Virus record (IMG/VR): IMGVR_UViG_3300029288_000152 | Coordinates: 10,475-74,474 of that record | Length of the DNA: 64,000 bases | Source: a virus | Taxonomy: Duplodnaviria > Caudoviricetes | Direction: 5' to 3' (one strand) | In this document: one piece after another, positions 47,119 through 56,035 of the stretch | Layout of the letters: every line of letters starts with the position of its first letter | How positions within the stretch are numbered: the first letter of the stretch is position 1 | Notes under the pieces: generated by a model | Database searches by the model: none | What the model was told of the DNA's origin: nothing | What the model saw: the letters and a program-made list of their open reading frames with translations, nothing else | Position numbers and translations under genes: made by a program

Positions 47119-49398
47119 TCACAGAGGCCCGACGTTTGGGCCAACTTGTTGATTGCCCTGCGGCAACGACTGGGTAGCCGCTGAATTCTGGTTGCTCATC
47201 CCCATCGCTCCCGCGTTTCCGGTCGGTCCCAGTGGCTGTGCAGGCTTGGGTCCCCCCGGTGCAGGCGCTTGGGGCTGGGCAGGAGGGTTCAAAATGAGCT
47301 GCAACTGCTGCAAATGGGCCGTGATAATGGGCTCCAAACCAGGGTTTTTGGCCAACATTTCCCGCAGTTTGTCGGTATTGAGCCACTTGATCCGCTCGGT
47401 CCAATGCACTTTGGGGTCAAACCAGGGCTTGATGACCAGCGGAGAGGGTCCCTGAGGGTTCTCTGCCCAGCGTTCAAAGGCATCTTGGATCTCATTGGCG
47501 GCTTGGACATGGAAATTGAGCGATGGCACGAGATCCGCGAGGCCAAACTGGGTCAAGAGGGCGTATTTCTGGTCCGGATCGGCAGGATCCAGCAGTTTGA
47601 GGTTATTGGCCTGCTCAATCGCTGCCCGTTTGCCCAGTGCGGTCTTCGGGACGTTGCTGCCATCCTCTACCATGATGGCGACTTGGCCCTGAAGCTGCGC
47701 ATTCTCGAAATGACGGAAGGTATAACCACGATTTGGTCCCACCACCGCCCAGGTGCGCTGTTCTGGCCCGTATTTCCGCTCCAATTCGAGCGCAATCTTG
47801 AACCAGTCCCGATACATCTGGCCTCTGGCCTGAAACGCCGAGGTAAAGCGAGACTGTGAGCGCTCCACGAGGAGCTGGAGGGCTGAAAAGGCGTCCACGC
47901 CCGTGGGTTTCTGGCCTTTGATGATGTCAAACGCACCAGACAGCTCTTCCATGTCCTTGAGAATCTGCTGACGGAACTGGAAGAGCGATCCATCGATGGG
48001 TACACCTTGAACACGCTCGGGTTTGCCTTGTCCGCCCGCCGCGAGAGGGTTCCACTTGAGAATCAGGCCCGGTTCACCCGTCACCATGCTCTGATCAATG
48101 CCCGCACCCTCAGGAATGATCCATCCCGCGTTGGAATTGCGCTGCACATGGAGCTGGATGAGCGAATCCAACTGATTCAGCTGGTCCTGCTTCTGGATGA
48201 GCGGGGATAATGCCGATCTCCCATACAATCGGCCCCCCATATGCTCGTATTGGGCATGGACGAAGGGGAACAGGACGTTGTTTTCGATGTCCTTGTAGGG
48301 CAACGGGCCGGGAATCCCCTCTTCTGGTACCTCCAAGAGGATGGGTGACTGGTCCCCCGCGACACGCATGACGAATCCTTCGGGGAATTCAGGCGTCGGC
48401 TTCACCCACAGCTCGTATTCCGTGACGCCTTCGACCGTATGCGCACCCGCCGCCCCGAGATAGGCGAAGTTGGAGCCCGTCCCGACATCATTGGTCAGGG
48501 CGAGGGACTTGAAAATCTGCACGGAGCGGTCGGATGGGGATTTTTCCCACATGATCCGCCCCACATATTGGGGCAGATTGGCTTCAAAGTAGTGCTTATC
48601 CCGCCATCGCATGCGGATGATGTAGGGCAGTTCATCAAATCGCGTGATATTGGGGGGAAAGGCATACTCAAAGGGGGATAGGGCCGTCGTTTTGCCCCGG
48701 CCAAAGGCTTTGAATGTGCCTGCAGGGGTCCCATCGGGGTTCTTGGCAGGCTGAAACTGGGATGCGCCACACGCCGGACACCGCTGACCCGCCTGGGCAA
48801 TGAGCGGCGCGGGAATAACTTGCCCGCAGGCCATGCACTGCTCGCTGGGAATGAACACTTTGTTGAAGCGGACATCCTTATCCCAGCTAACTTGGAGACA
48901 GGCGTTGCCATTGGCGATGAACCAGAAGTCCGCCTCCCGCATGACCTGATTCATCGTGTGCTCCTCATGAATCATGGGAGCCATTTGGTCGGAGACTTCC
49001 GCCGCCGCAATGCTCTGCGTGTCATGGCCAATGGGACGGGCCACGACGGAGAGGTTAATCGCCGCCAGATTCGTCCGAATGGCCTGAAGCGTCTCGGCCA
49101 TCTTGTTCGTGACAGGGCGGGGAATCCACTTGCTCAGCCGCTTGTCCACCCACTCCCGACGCGTCGGATGGAAGAAGATCCACTGACGGTTGGCGACATA
49201 GAACAGGTCGCGCAACCACTCCCGCTCCCAGACCCAGCGATATTCCGTGCTCTCCTTCTTGAGTTTGTCGAACATGTCAAGCAGGGCAGCGGGGTTGTAT
49301 TGGGGCACGAGGATCTCGGGAGCCTGCCCACCCTGCGGGGCAGCCGCTTCCAAACCGGGAAGCGCCGCTGATGCTGGATTGAAGGGAAGTTCAGCCAC
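47119..49398 (-). CDS. Portal protein (P22-like)
   Basis: 759 aa after terminase; W..W.R...Y..NRQW, PVTNKM, LIQKQDQLN motifs. Confidence 0.88.
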   Translation of the reverse strand: MAELPFNPASAALPGLEAAAPQGGQAPEILVPQYNPAALLDMFDKLKKESTEYRWVWEREWLRDLFYVANRQWIFFHPTRREWVDKRLSKWIPRPVTNKMAETLQAIRTNLAAINLSVVARPIGHDTQSIAAAEVSDQMAPMIHEEHTMNQVMREADFWFIANGNACLQVSWDKDVRFNKVFIPSEQCMACGQVIPAPLIAQAGQRCPACGASQFQPAKNPDGTPAGTFKAFGRGKTTALSPFEYAFPPNITRFDELPYIIRMRWRDKHYFEANLPQYVGRIMWEKSPSDRSVQIFKSLALTNDVGTGSNFAYLGAAGAHTVEGVTEYELWVKPTPEFPEGFVMRVAGDQSPILLEVPEEGIPGPLPYKDIENNVLFPFVHAQYEHMGGRLYGRSALSPLIQKQDQLNQLDSLIQLHVQRNSNAGWIIPEGAGIDQSMVTGEPGLILKWNPLAAGGQGKPERVQGVPIDGSLFQFRQQILKDMEELSGAFDIIKGQKPTGVDAFSALQLLVERSQSRFTSAFQARGQMYRDWFKIALELERKYGPEQRTWAVVGPNRGYTFRHFENAQLQGQVAIMVEDGSNVPKTALGKRAAIEQANNLKLLDPADPDQKYALLTQFGLADLVPSLNFHVQAANEIQDAFERWAENPQGPSPLVIKPWFDPKVHWTERIKWLNTDKLREMLAKNPGLEPIITAHLQQLQLILNPPAQPQAPAPGGPKPAQPLGPTGNAGAMGMSNQNSAATQSLPQGNQQVGPNVGPL

Positions 49399-49400
49399 GG

Positions 49401-49778
49401 TTACTTCTTGTCATCATAGACCGGCAAGCCCAGTTCTCGGGCTCGCTGGTCGCCCACGTCATCGAAGGAGAAGGCTCGTGCGTCAAAGGGGAGCGTCGTG
49501 GTGATGGCTCGGGCTAGCTCAGGGACAGGCAGCTGGATGTTGTAGGCTTTCTCCATCAACTTCGCCCGTTCCATCTCCAACGCATTCACCCGCATCCGCA
49601 ACCATTCGGCATTGTTCTGCGCTGTCAGGATCTGGGCTTTGAGGGCATCCCGCTCTGCGATCACCGCCGCCAACTGTTCTCGATATTGCTGAATCGCTTC
49701 AATCGAGACCATGGCATTGGTCTCAGCCACGTTCCGCATGCTCGTGAACCAGCCTACGACTTCTTTTGAGATCCACAT
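49401..49778 (-). CDS. Coiled-coil hypothetical protein
   Basis: 125 aa. Confidence 0.75.
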   Translation of the reverse strand: MWISKEVVGWFTSMRNVAETNAMVSIEAIQQYREQLAAVIAERDALKAQILTAQNNAEWLRMRVNALEMERAKLMEKAYNIQLPVPELARAITTTLPFDARAFSFDDVGDQRARELGLPVYDDKK

Positions 49779-49805
49779 GACGCTATCCTCCCTCCCCGAT
49801 GCGGT

Positions 49806-50159
49806 TTACGACCAATATAATCTAAGACCCGTGACAGTCCCTCCGGCAGTGATGCAGAAGGTCGTAACAGCAGAAGCAAGAGCAATGGAGGTAGGATCAG
49901 TAAGATGCAGCCCAACACCTGTATCACCGGTCACCCCCTTGAGTGTCAAGGTTTGGGTATTGGCGGCGGGAGGCACAATGGTACACGCCGTTGGCGTCGT
50001 CCCCCCAGTTGGCACTGTGATCGTATTGGCACCGCTCGATAGCGTCTTGACTTCAACCGAACCGGCACTAGCTGCATTCGCGGCAGCCGCGAGCGCCGTG
50101 GTCCCAACCACATCCCCCGTAAAGGCAATCGTCACCGTCCGCGCAGCTGATACACTCAT
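49806..50159 (-). CDS. Beta-rich virion protein
   Basis: 117 aa, T/A/G-rich. Confidence 0.7.
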   Translation of the reverse strand: MSVSAARTVTIAFTGDVVGTTALAAAANAASAGSVEVKTLSSGANTITVPTGGTTPTACTIVPPAANTQTLTLKGVTGDTGVGLHLTDPTSIALASAVTTFCITAGGTVTGLRLYWS

Positions 50160-51613
50160 CCCCAGAAGTCTCCTGTGACTGTGGCTGGTTTATCGGTATG
50201 GTTGTCGTCAATCCGCCGCATGCGCTCAATCGCCATGCGCATCTCATCGGGCAGCTTCGAGATGTCCCGCTTCTGCTCCGTAGCCACCAGCGTCTTGGGC
50301 AACTCCGGCCATGTCATGACAGCATAGCGGAGGCAATCTGGGAGTTCATCGTCCTTCTTGTAGACGCGTTCCTTGATCTTGGTCTGCCCATCTCTGGTCA
50401 CATTATCGGCCCAGCGGTAGGCTTTCATCTGCTTGATCGTCTTGGGACAGAGGGACTCGACGAACCAGAGTTGTCGATTGTGCAGCCACGACTTCACCCG
50501 CTCGATGCCAGAAACCTGATCGTTCTCGGCCTTCTGGCAGTAAATGCCATGCTGAGCGAGTTCGAGCGAGGCCTGCTTCTCATTCTTGTTGATTGCCCAC
50601 TTGGGGCTCAGCGATCCCGACAGATATTTGAGGGCATTGGCATGTTCGATGAAGGAACGATTACGCTCCAGATATTCCCCCACAACCACCAACCCACGCT
50701 CACTGGAGATGAGCTTCACGGCTCCGAAGGGATGATCCGCGCCGGTATCAATCCCTAGCAAGCGCTGCCGCCAATCCGCGACCTCTGGCCATTCCGGGAT
50801 GATCGTCCTGACCTGATCAGGCGTCCGCAGGATCTGGGTATCGATTAGCCCCCCATAGACCGCCCCAGTGAAGATCACGAAGTCGGCTTCATACTCCTGT
50901 CGGAACATCGCGTCATCACCCATCCGCACGCGTTCTTGGGCGAGATAGGCGTCTGTGATGATGGGATTGTCGCGGGTCTTGGCATGACAGGCCCAGAAGC
51001 CCGGCACCTGATCCTCCGCAGGCTTGTAGAATTTCTCATAGACCCAATCATAGGAACGGGGAGAGGTTGTGAAGAAGGCCACGCCCTGCTTGTCCGTCAA
51101 GGACGGGCTGATGACCTTCCAGTGCATGTCGGTCAACTCACAGACCTCATCGATCCACAGCCAATCCAGTCCCTGCCCCCGGCCTTGATCGGGATCCTCC
51201 AGCGTCTGGAAGTGGATGAGCGAGCCATTTCGGAGACGGAGATCCTTGTATTCCTCCGACCAATCCAGCACCCACTCCTGGGGAATGAGTTGCTGGAAGG
51301 CTGGGATGACATAGCGATGCAGCTTTGGGTTGGTTGGGGCCGCTGCCCATCCTATCGTGTTAGGAATCGTGGCCTCTTCCACACCAGCAATAGATCCAAT
51401 ACGGCTTTTCCCCCATCGTCGGCCTGCAATAATACACAGGCGATCAAACTTTCGCATGCCACGCCCATTACAGGTTGGACAAGCTAGGGCTGGCGGGGTA
51501 CTAAACTCAGTCTTACAAGTTGGGCACTGCCTTGCACGTCGCGCAGCTAAGAAAGCTAGCTGATCAGGTTGACTATAGAGCGGATCTGCCGCCAACGGTA
51601 TCCACTTAGCCAC
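50156..51613 (-). CDS. terL: Terminase large subunit
   Basis: IIAGRRWGKS Walker A, LWIDE Walker B, GIDTG..HP and DDELPDCLRY nuclease motifs. Confidence 0.95.
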   Translation of the reverse strand: MAKWIPLAADPLYSQPDQLAFLAARRARQCPTCKTEFSTPPALACPTCNGRGMRKFDRLCIIAGRRWGKSRIGSIAGVEEATIPNTIGWAAAPTNPKLHRYVIPAFQQLIPQEWVLDWSEEYKDLRLRNGSLIHFQTLEDPDQGRGQGLDWLWIDEVCELTDMHWKVISPSLTDKQGVAFFTTSPRSYDWVYEKFYKPAEDQVPGFWACHAKTRDNPIITDAYLAQERVRMGDDAMFRQEYEADFVIFTGAVYGGLIDTQILRTPDQVRTIIPEWPEVADWRQRLLGIDTGADHPFGAVKLISSERGLVVVGEYLERNRSFIEHANALKYLSGSLSPKWAINKNEKQASLELAQHGIYCQKAENDQVSGIERVKSWLHNRQLWFVESLCPKTIKQMKAYRWADNVTRDGQTKIKERVYKKDDELPDCLRYAVMTWPELPKTLVATEQKRDISKLPDEMRMAIERMRRIDDNHTDKPATVTGDFWG

Positions 51614-51614
51614 G

Positions 51615-51956
51615 TTACTTGGATCCTTCCAAGTATTGGATCATGGCATGTGCTCGTTCACAAGAATCATCCAGCAGTCCCAACGCCGTATTACATCTTA
51701 CACAAAGGAGACCCCTAACCTGGTTCGTCTTGTGATCGTGGTCAACTGCTAACGGTTGCAGATGCCCTCGGGTCACAGTAGTCTCAGGCCTTAAGCAGAT
51801 GGCACACACTCCACGCTGCTTCGCCAGCATCCCAAGATATTCTTCCTGTGAGATTCCGTGAGTCTGCTGGATCTTGCGAGCCCGAATCTGGTCTCTATGG
51901 CGTTCAACATAATCCCGATGGTACTTAAGATGGACCTCCCGGTTCTTATGAGGCAT
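51615..51956 (-). CDS. Endonuclease VII-like (HNH) homing endonuclease
   Basis: CAIC..LAVDHDH..VRGLLCVRCN.ALG. Confidence 0.9.
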   Translation of the reverse strand: MPHKNREVHLKYHRDYVERHRDQIRARKIQQTHGISQEEYLGMLAKQRGVCAICLRPETTVTRGHLQPLAVDHDHKTNQVRGLLCVRCNTALGLLDDSCERAHAMIQYLEGSK

Positions 51957-51966
51957 AACCTGCCAT

Positions 51967-52155
51967 TTAGAATCGGCCAGCCTTCAGCCCCTTCAGGGCC
52001 GCTTCGTTCGCCTCCCGGAAGGCTTTGGCCTGTTCCTCAGGCGTGGGAGGGGGCAGGCGGGGATCCCGCTTGCCAGATTCCGCTGGGAGTTCAATGTCAG
52101 GACCCTTCCCATGTTTGCGAGGCCCAAACCAGCGTTCCCACAAGGTCAGCGGCAT
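51967..52155 (-). CDS. Small late protein ending AALKGLKAGRF
   Basis: 62 aa. Confidence 0.7.
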   Translation of the reverse strand: MPLTLWERWFGPRKHGKGPDIELPAESGKRDPRLPPPTPEEQAKAFREANEAALKGLKAGRF

Positions 52156-52157
52156 GA

Positions 52158-52324
52158 TTAGCTTCTCGCCTTCTTCAACCCTTCTAACGCGGCCCCATGC
52201 TTGGACTTCTTCCGCTTATTCTCTGTGGCGTAGAAAACCCGCTTCCCTTCTTCTTGCCATACCGTTCAACCATATCTTCCATGACTTGCCGACCATGGCC
52301 ACCGTAATACTTGTTTAGAGGAAT
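52158..52324 (-). pseudogene. Small basic ORF with ATT start and a 1-nt frameshift (PLNKYYGGHG..KG/KRVFYAT..AALEGLKKARS)
   Basis: Coherent protein only after a frame change at ..AAGAAGGGAAGCGG; span 167 nt. Confidence 0.55.
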
Positions 52325-52794
52325 GGGTTATCTCTCCAGTCGTGCGATGATTCGAGATAGGTAGAGACCTTCCTCAACCGTTCCAAGTCGTCTTGGAACC
52401 AACCTATGCCATAGTTACAACGGAAGCATAGCAAGCCTCGCACGCGGCCTGTCCTATGATCGTGATCTACCGACAAGCGGTTCTTCTTGGGAGGTCTGCC
52501 ACAGACAGCACATCTCCCACCTTGAGCAGCAAAGATGGCATCATACTGCTCTGGGCTAAGACCATACTTGGCAAACGGCCCACCCTTCCAACGCAAGCTG
52601 TTTCGGCCCGTATTCTGTCCGCGTTTGAATTGTGTCGAAGCCGATGCACCACTATTGAGTCGCTGTAAGTGTTGCAGCTGTTTTGGGGTCTTTAATTGTA
52701 GCCGTTGATGTTTGCAGCTCCGCAGTGTTTGCATATGAGCCAGCACTGAAGTAGCGCCCGTCAGTTCACTCACAACAGGAGCAGTAGACACCAC
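52315..52794 (-). CDS. Endonuclease VII-like (HNH) homing endonuclease
   Basis: CAVC..LSVDHDH..VRGLLCFRCN.GIG. Confidence 0.9.
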   Translation of the reverse strand: MVSTAPVVSELTGATSVLAHMQTLRSCKHQRLQLKTPKQLQHLQRLNSGASASTQFKRGQNTGRNSLRWKGGPFAKYGLSPEQYDAIFAAQGGRCAVCGRPPKKNRLSVDHDHRTGRVRGLLCFRCNYGIGWFQDDLERLRKVSTYLESSHDWRDNPFL

Positions 52795-53057
52795 TAGCCT
52801 CCACTGGTAGTCTGCCCGCTACCTACGGCACTCCCACAGTAAGTAATCCATGGAGTCCATGGATAGGTGGGATAGGTTGGATAGTAGGGTTGAGGATAGT
52901 AGGGATAGGGGTAATAGGGCAGCGGATAGTAAGGATAGGGACGCCCACAATGGGGACAATAGCCACAATGGGGACAGATCCCAGTCATAGGCATCACACT
53001 GGTCGTACTTGTCTGACAGCTGCACAGATCCGACACCGTTTCGGTGTTATTCTGCAT
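52794..53057 (-). CDS. Tyr/Pro-repeat protein with CPHC repeats
   Basis: CPHCGYCPHCG then YPYYP repeats. Confidence 0.65.
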   Translation of the reverse strand: MQNNTETVSDLCSCQTSTTSVMPMTGICPHCGYCPHCGRPYPYYPLPYYPYPYYPQPYYPTYPTYPWTPWITYCGSAVGSGQTTSGG

Positions 53058-53688
53058 CCACTACCTCCCCCTCCAACTCCTTCGCCTTCCCTACAATGTT
53101 CCCCGCCGAGATAACCTTCTGCCGATCCGGGCTGATGGTCTCAATCTTCAGCGCCAACACGGCCTGCGGCGCATTGGTTTCCATCTTGATGGCCTGATAG
53201 TTCTTGAAGATGCCCCCACCCTTGGCCGCTTCAATGGTCATCGTCTTGTCTTTCTTGTCGATGTAATACTCGATGTTGTCCACGACCTTGGGGACAATCT
53301 CCATGGCAAACCGCTCCATGGGGTCCGTGAACTTGAGCCAGCCATCCTTGGCCGCCCTGCAGATGTAGGTATTGAGCGTGTGGGGCGTGATGCCGAGGAT
53401 CTCCGCAATCTCCGTGTTGCGCAAGCCCTGTGCCCGCAGCTGGACGAAGCGCAGCACCCGCATGCGTTGGGTGTGCGGCTGCTCGCACATCACGACATCA
53501 GCCTGAATGACCTCAGGCTTGGGGACTAGCGCCTTTTCAGGACTAGCCGCCACGGTTTCCCCTCCAGCTCCTGCTGGCTGAGATCCGGCTTTCGCCTTCC
53601 CGCTGCATGCCCGGCAGCTACACCCTGCCTTGTGATAGGCAGAACCGCCGGGGCGGAGTTTAGTCTTTTCAGTTGGGACTCGCACCAC
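53047..53688 (-). CDS. terS: Putative terminase small subunit (HTH)
   Basis: GLRNTEIAEILGITPHTL HTH; position upstream of terL. Confidence 0.6.
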   Translation of the reverse strand: MVRVPTEKTKLRPGGSAYHKAGCSCRACSGKAKAGSQPAGAGGETVAASPEKALVPKPEVIQADVVMCEQPHTQRMRVLRFVQLRAQGLRNTEIAEILGITPHTLNTYICRAAKDGWLKFTDPMERFAMEIVPKVVDNIEYYIDKKDKTMTIEAAKGGGIFKNYQAIKMETNAPQAVLALKIETISPDRQKVISAGNIVGKAKELEGEVVDAE

Positions 53689-53886
53689 GCCTCAAAGGAT
53701 GTCACGATGGGTGAAGAATTGGGGGTCACAGGGGATGTGGAGGATGGTGTTCTTCAGCCTCATCGTAGAGAAAGTTGGAGGGGTCTGCCCCGTCATCCTA
53801 TTTGACCCCTGCCACAGTTTGCCGGGTTTGGGAGCGGAGGGAGGGTTAGCTCGACCAGTGCCGGGGGCAGACTGTGCCACGCTCAA

Positions 53887-53915
53887 ATCTTAGCACATCT
53901 AGAGAAGATTGTCAA
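53887..53915 (-). promoter_or_regulatory. Sigma70-type promoter for the late operon
   Basis: TTGACA-ATCTT..-TAAGAT, 17-nt spacer. Confidence 0.7.
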
Positions 53916-53921
53916 GCCCTA

Positions 53922-54005
53922 TCACTCCTTCCACGCTGTCGCGGTAGCTGCCATATACAGGATCCAGCAAAACGCCACTCCTGTTACCACCTCAAAGAGT
54001 CCCAT
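53922..54005 (-). CDS. 27-aa hydrophobic microprotein
   Basis: MGLFEVVTGVAFCWILYMAATATAWKE; GGAGGG SD. Confidence 0.5.
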   Translation of the reverse strand: MGLFEVVTGVAFCWILYMAATATAWKE

Positions 54006-54019
54006 CAGTCCCTCCAAGC

Positions 54020-54091
54020 CTAACGGTTGTCATAGGCGATCTTCAGCATCCAGATGAACCAACCCAGCGAGCACAATTCCAACAGCATCAT
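54020..54091 (-). CDS. 23-aa hydrophobic microprotein
   Basis: MMLLELCSLGWFIWMLKIAYDNR; GGGAGGGA SD; first ORF after promoter. Confidence 0.5.
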   Translation of the reverse strand: MMLLELCSLGWFIWMLKIAYDNR

Positions 54092-54118
54092 GTCTTCCCT
54101 CCCATTCCACCTGTGCGT

Positions 54119-54147
54119 AGTATACGCCGGTCTCGTGAGATTGTCAA
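54119..54147 (-). promoter_or_regulatory. Sigma70-type promoter
   Basis: TTGACA-ATCTC..-TATACT, 17-nt spacer. Confidence 0.8.
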
Positions 54148-54671
54148 GCCCGAATACTAGGGGTAGGGGACAGATCGGCAGATACCCCTACGAGCCCCTC
54201 GGTTTCTGCCCCCTTATGTCTTCTAATTCTGGACATGGCCGCATCCACCCCAATGTGCCACTTTTCGGCCAAAATCCTCGCCTTGGCCCGCAGTCCCATA
54301 TTGGGAATGGCTAGCGTCTCGACAATGAGCGGTGTGTAATCTTCCTTCCGGATTGGGCAAACTAGCCCGGTCGGGGTTGCCTTCAGATACTCTAATGCCG
54401 CCCTAAGTAGTTCTGGTGTTGGGAGATAGCCCAAACCCATGTTGCAGCGGGTGCAGAGGAACCCTCTAACCTGCCCATTGGTGTGATCATGATCCAAGGC
54501 CAAACTGCGGGACGTGGGAACCTTGCCACAAATCCGACAGCGGTTTCCCTGCGCCTCCAACAGGTCTTGGACTTTCTTTGGGTCCAAGCTAAACCGCGCC
54601 TTAATGGTCCCACACCGCTTGCACCATTTCCCTTGAGAGGGTTTCCGGCATGCCTTACAGTGTCTCGTCAT
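54144..54671 (-). CDS. Endonuclease VII-like protein with C-terminal HTH-like segment shared with the helicase
   Basis: CRIC..LALDHDH..VRGFLCTRCN; LRAKARILA..DAAMSRIRR. Confidence 0.88.
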   Translation of the reverse strand: MTRHCKACRKPSQGKWCKRCGTIKARFSLDPKKVQDLLEAQGNRCRICGKVPTSRSLALDHDHTNGQVRGFLCTRCNMGLGYLPTPELLRAALEYLKATPTGLVCPIRKEDYTPLIVETLAIPNMGLRAKARILAEKWHIGVDAAMSRIRRHKGAETEGLVGVSADLSPTPSIRA

Positions 54672-54680
54672 AATATGGCC

Positions 54681-54709
54681 ATTATACGCTCATTGGCCGA
54701 GATTGTCAA
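54681..54709 (-). promoter_or_regulatory. Perfect consensus sigma70 promoter
   Basis: TTGACA-17-TATAAT. Confidence 0.85.
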
Positions 54710-54746
54710 TGTTTTTCTGTGTCTTTTTCCCGTGTCGCTTTTCAAA

Positions 54747-55360
54747 AAGACACAACCCCCGTGACACGCTCATAAGTTCCGCGCATGCAACCACTTATCC
54801 CTCCTTCGTGTCGCCGTGTCATGACCCCTATATAAGAAGAGTGACACAGACACAACCCCTTAAGGGGGTTTGTGTCCCTGTCTGTCTGGGAAGACACAAG
54901 AAAGTGACACACCTATTAAGTCTATACATATCAATGAGTTACAACCAAAAACATGCCCGCTGTGTCACATGCTAAAATGGTGACACGACACACCTTTAAG
55001 TCCTTATCTATCATACACTTATCTCACATTCCGTAAGTGCCCGTGTCAAACTGGGTAACACACCCTTTCCACCCTCCAACACACGGTTTCCGTCAAAAAT
55101 TTGACAGCCCAAAACATCCCTAGGCGAAGCTAAAGCGAAAGGTATGAGTTTGGTGATAATTTCGCGCATTGGGACCCCCCGGGGACTCGAACGCACTCTT
55201 TGGACAGGGGGGGACCGGCATGGGTGGGACTTGGTGGTGCTCGAAGGGACAGGGTGGACGTTAGTATGACACGGACGACACGGCCATGCCTGTCCAAGCT
55301 GACAGCTCGTGTCACTCTGTGTCATGTCGATTCCCATCGAGTGACACAGTGACACACGCC
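54747..55360. repeat. Non-coding field of GTGACAC/GTGTCAC repeats (candidate origin or packaging site)
   Basis: 8 exact heptamers plus near-copies; palindrome around 54848-54876; IHF-like TATCAATGAGTTA at 54929-54941. Confidence 0.75.
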
Positions 55361-55610
55361 AGCGTCAGGCTGACCCATCCTGGCAGCCCAAGTGCCATCG
55401 TGTCTGTCCAAGCTGGCAGGTGACAATCCATGTCAAACACCGCGCAAAACGCGGCAAGTCCAATGCGCTCAACGACTTACGGCGAGATGGCAGCGGGCGC
55501 GATGACAAAAAGTGGCGAAGATTTGGCGCAAGTGTCATTTATTTGACCACAATGTCTGCTCGTGTCCTATGGCAAGCGGGTTGCAAGGGTTCGCGTCGGA
55601 GGTTGCCGAC

Positions 55611-55805
55611 ATGCCGCAATTGACACGGGGCGTCTATGAGACAGAGTACGGCAATGCCGCGTACGTGTCCGGGCCGAAGGCAAAAACGGCGTATGATCTT
55701 GACATGGCCGAGCGTATCCCGATCACGCTGGTAACAGCGCGATTCATTCGCAAGGCCGAGCCGAGCGACAGCGGCGCGGCGTCGCTTGCCCGTCGTGAGT
55801 GGTAG
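55611..55805 (+). CDS. First early gene, hypothetical
   Basis: ATG 55611 after GGAGGT; 64 aa. Confidence 0.7.
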   Translation: MPQLTRGVYETEYGNAAYVSGPKAKTAYDLDMAERIPITLVTARFIRKAEPSDSGAASLARREW

Positions 55806-56035
55806 GCGAACGGAACGCGAATCCAAACCGTTGGCTAACTTCGGCGTTTTGGATTCGGGTTTTTGGATTCCGCCCGCGAAAGGCAAGCGAAACGGCGCGA
55901 AACATGGCGCAAACCGGCACGGCGGAAATTGGCAACCGGTTTGCACGGTAAACGGCGTCGAACCGCGCCAAACGGCAACCGGCCCGCAATTCCGCAGGCC
56001 AATCGCCAAACGGCGCACCTAGCAGGGAGTCGAAC

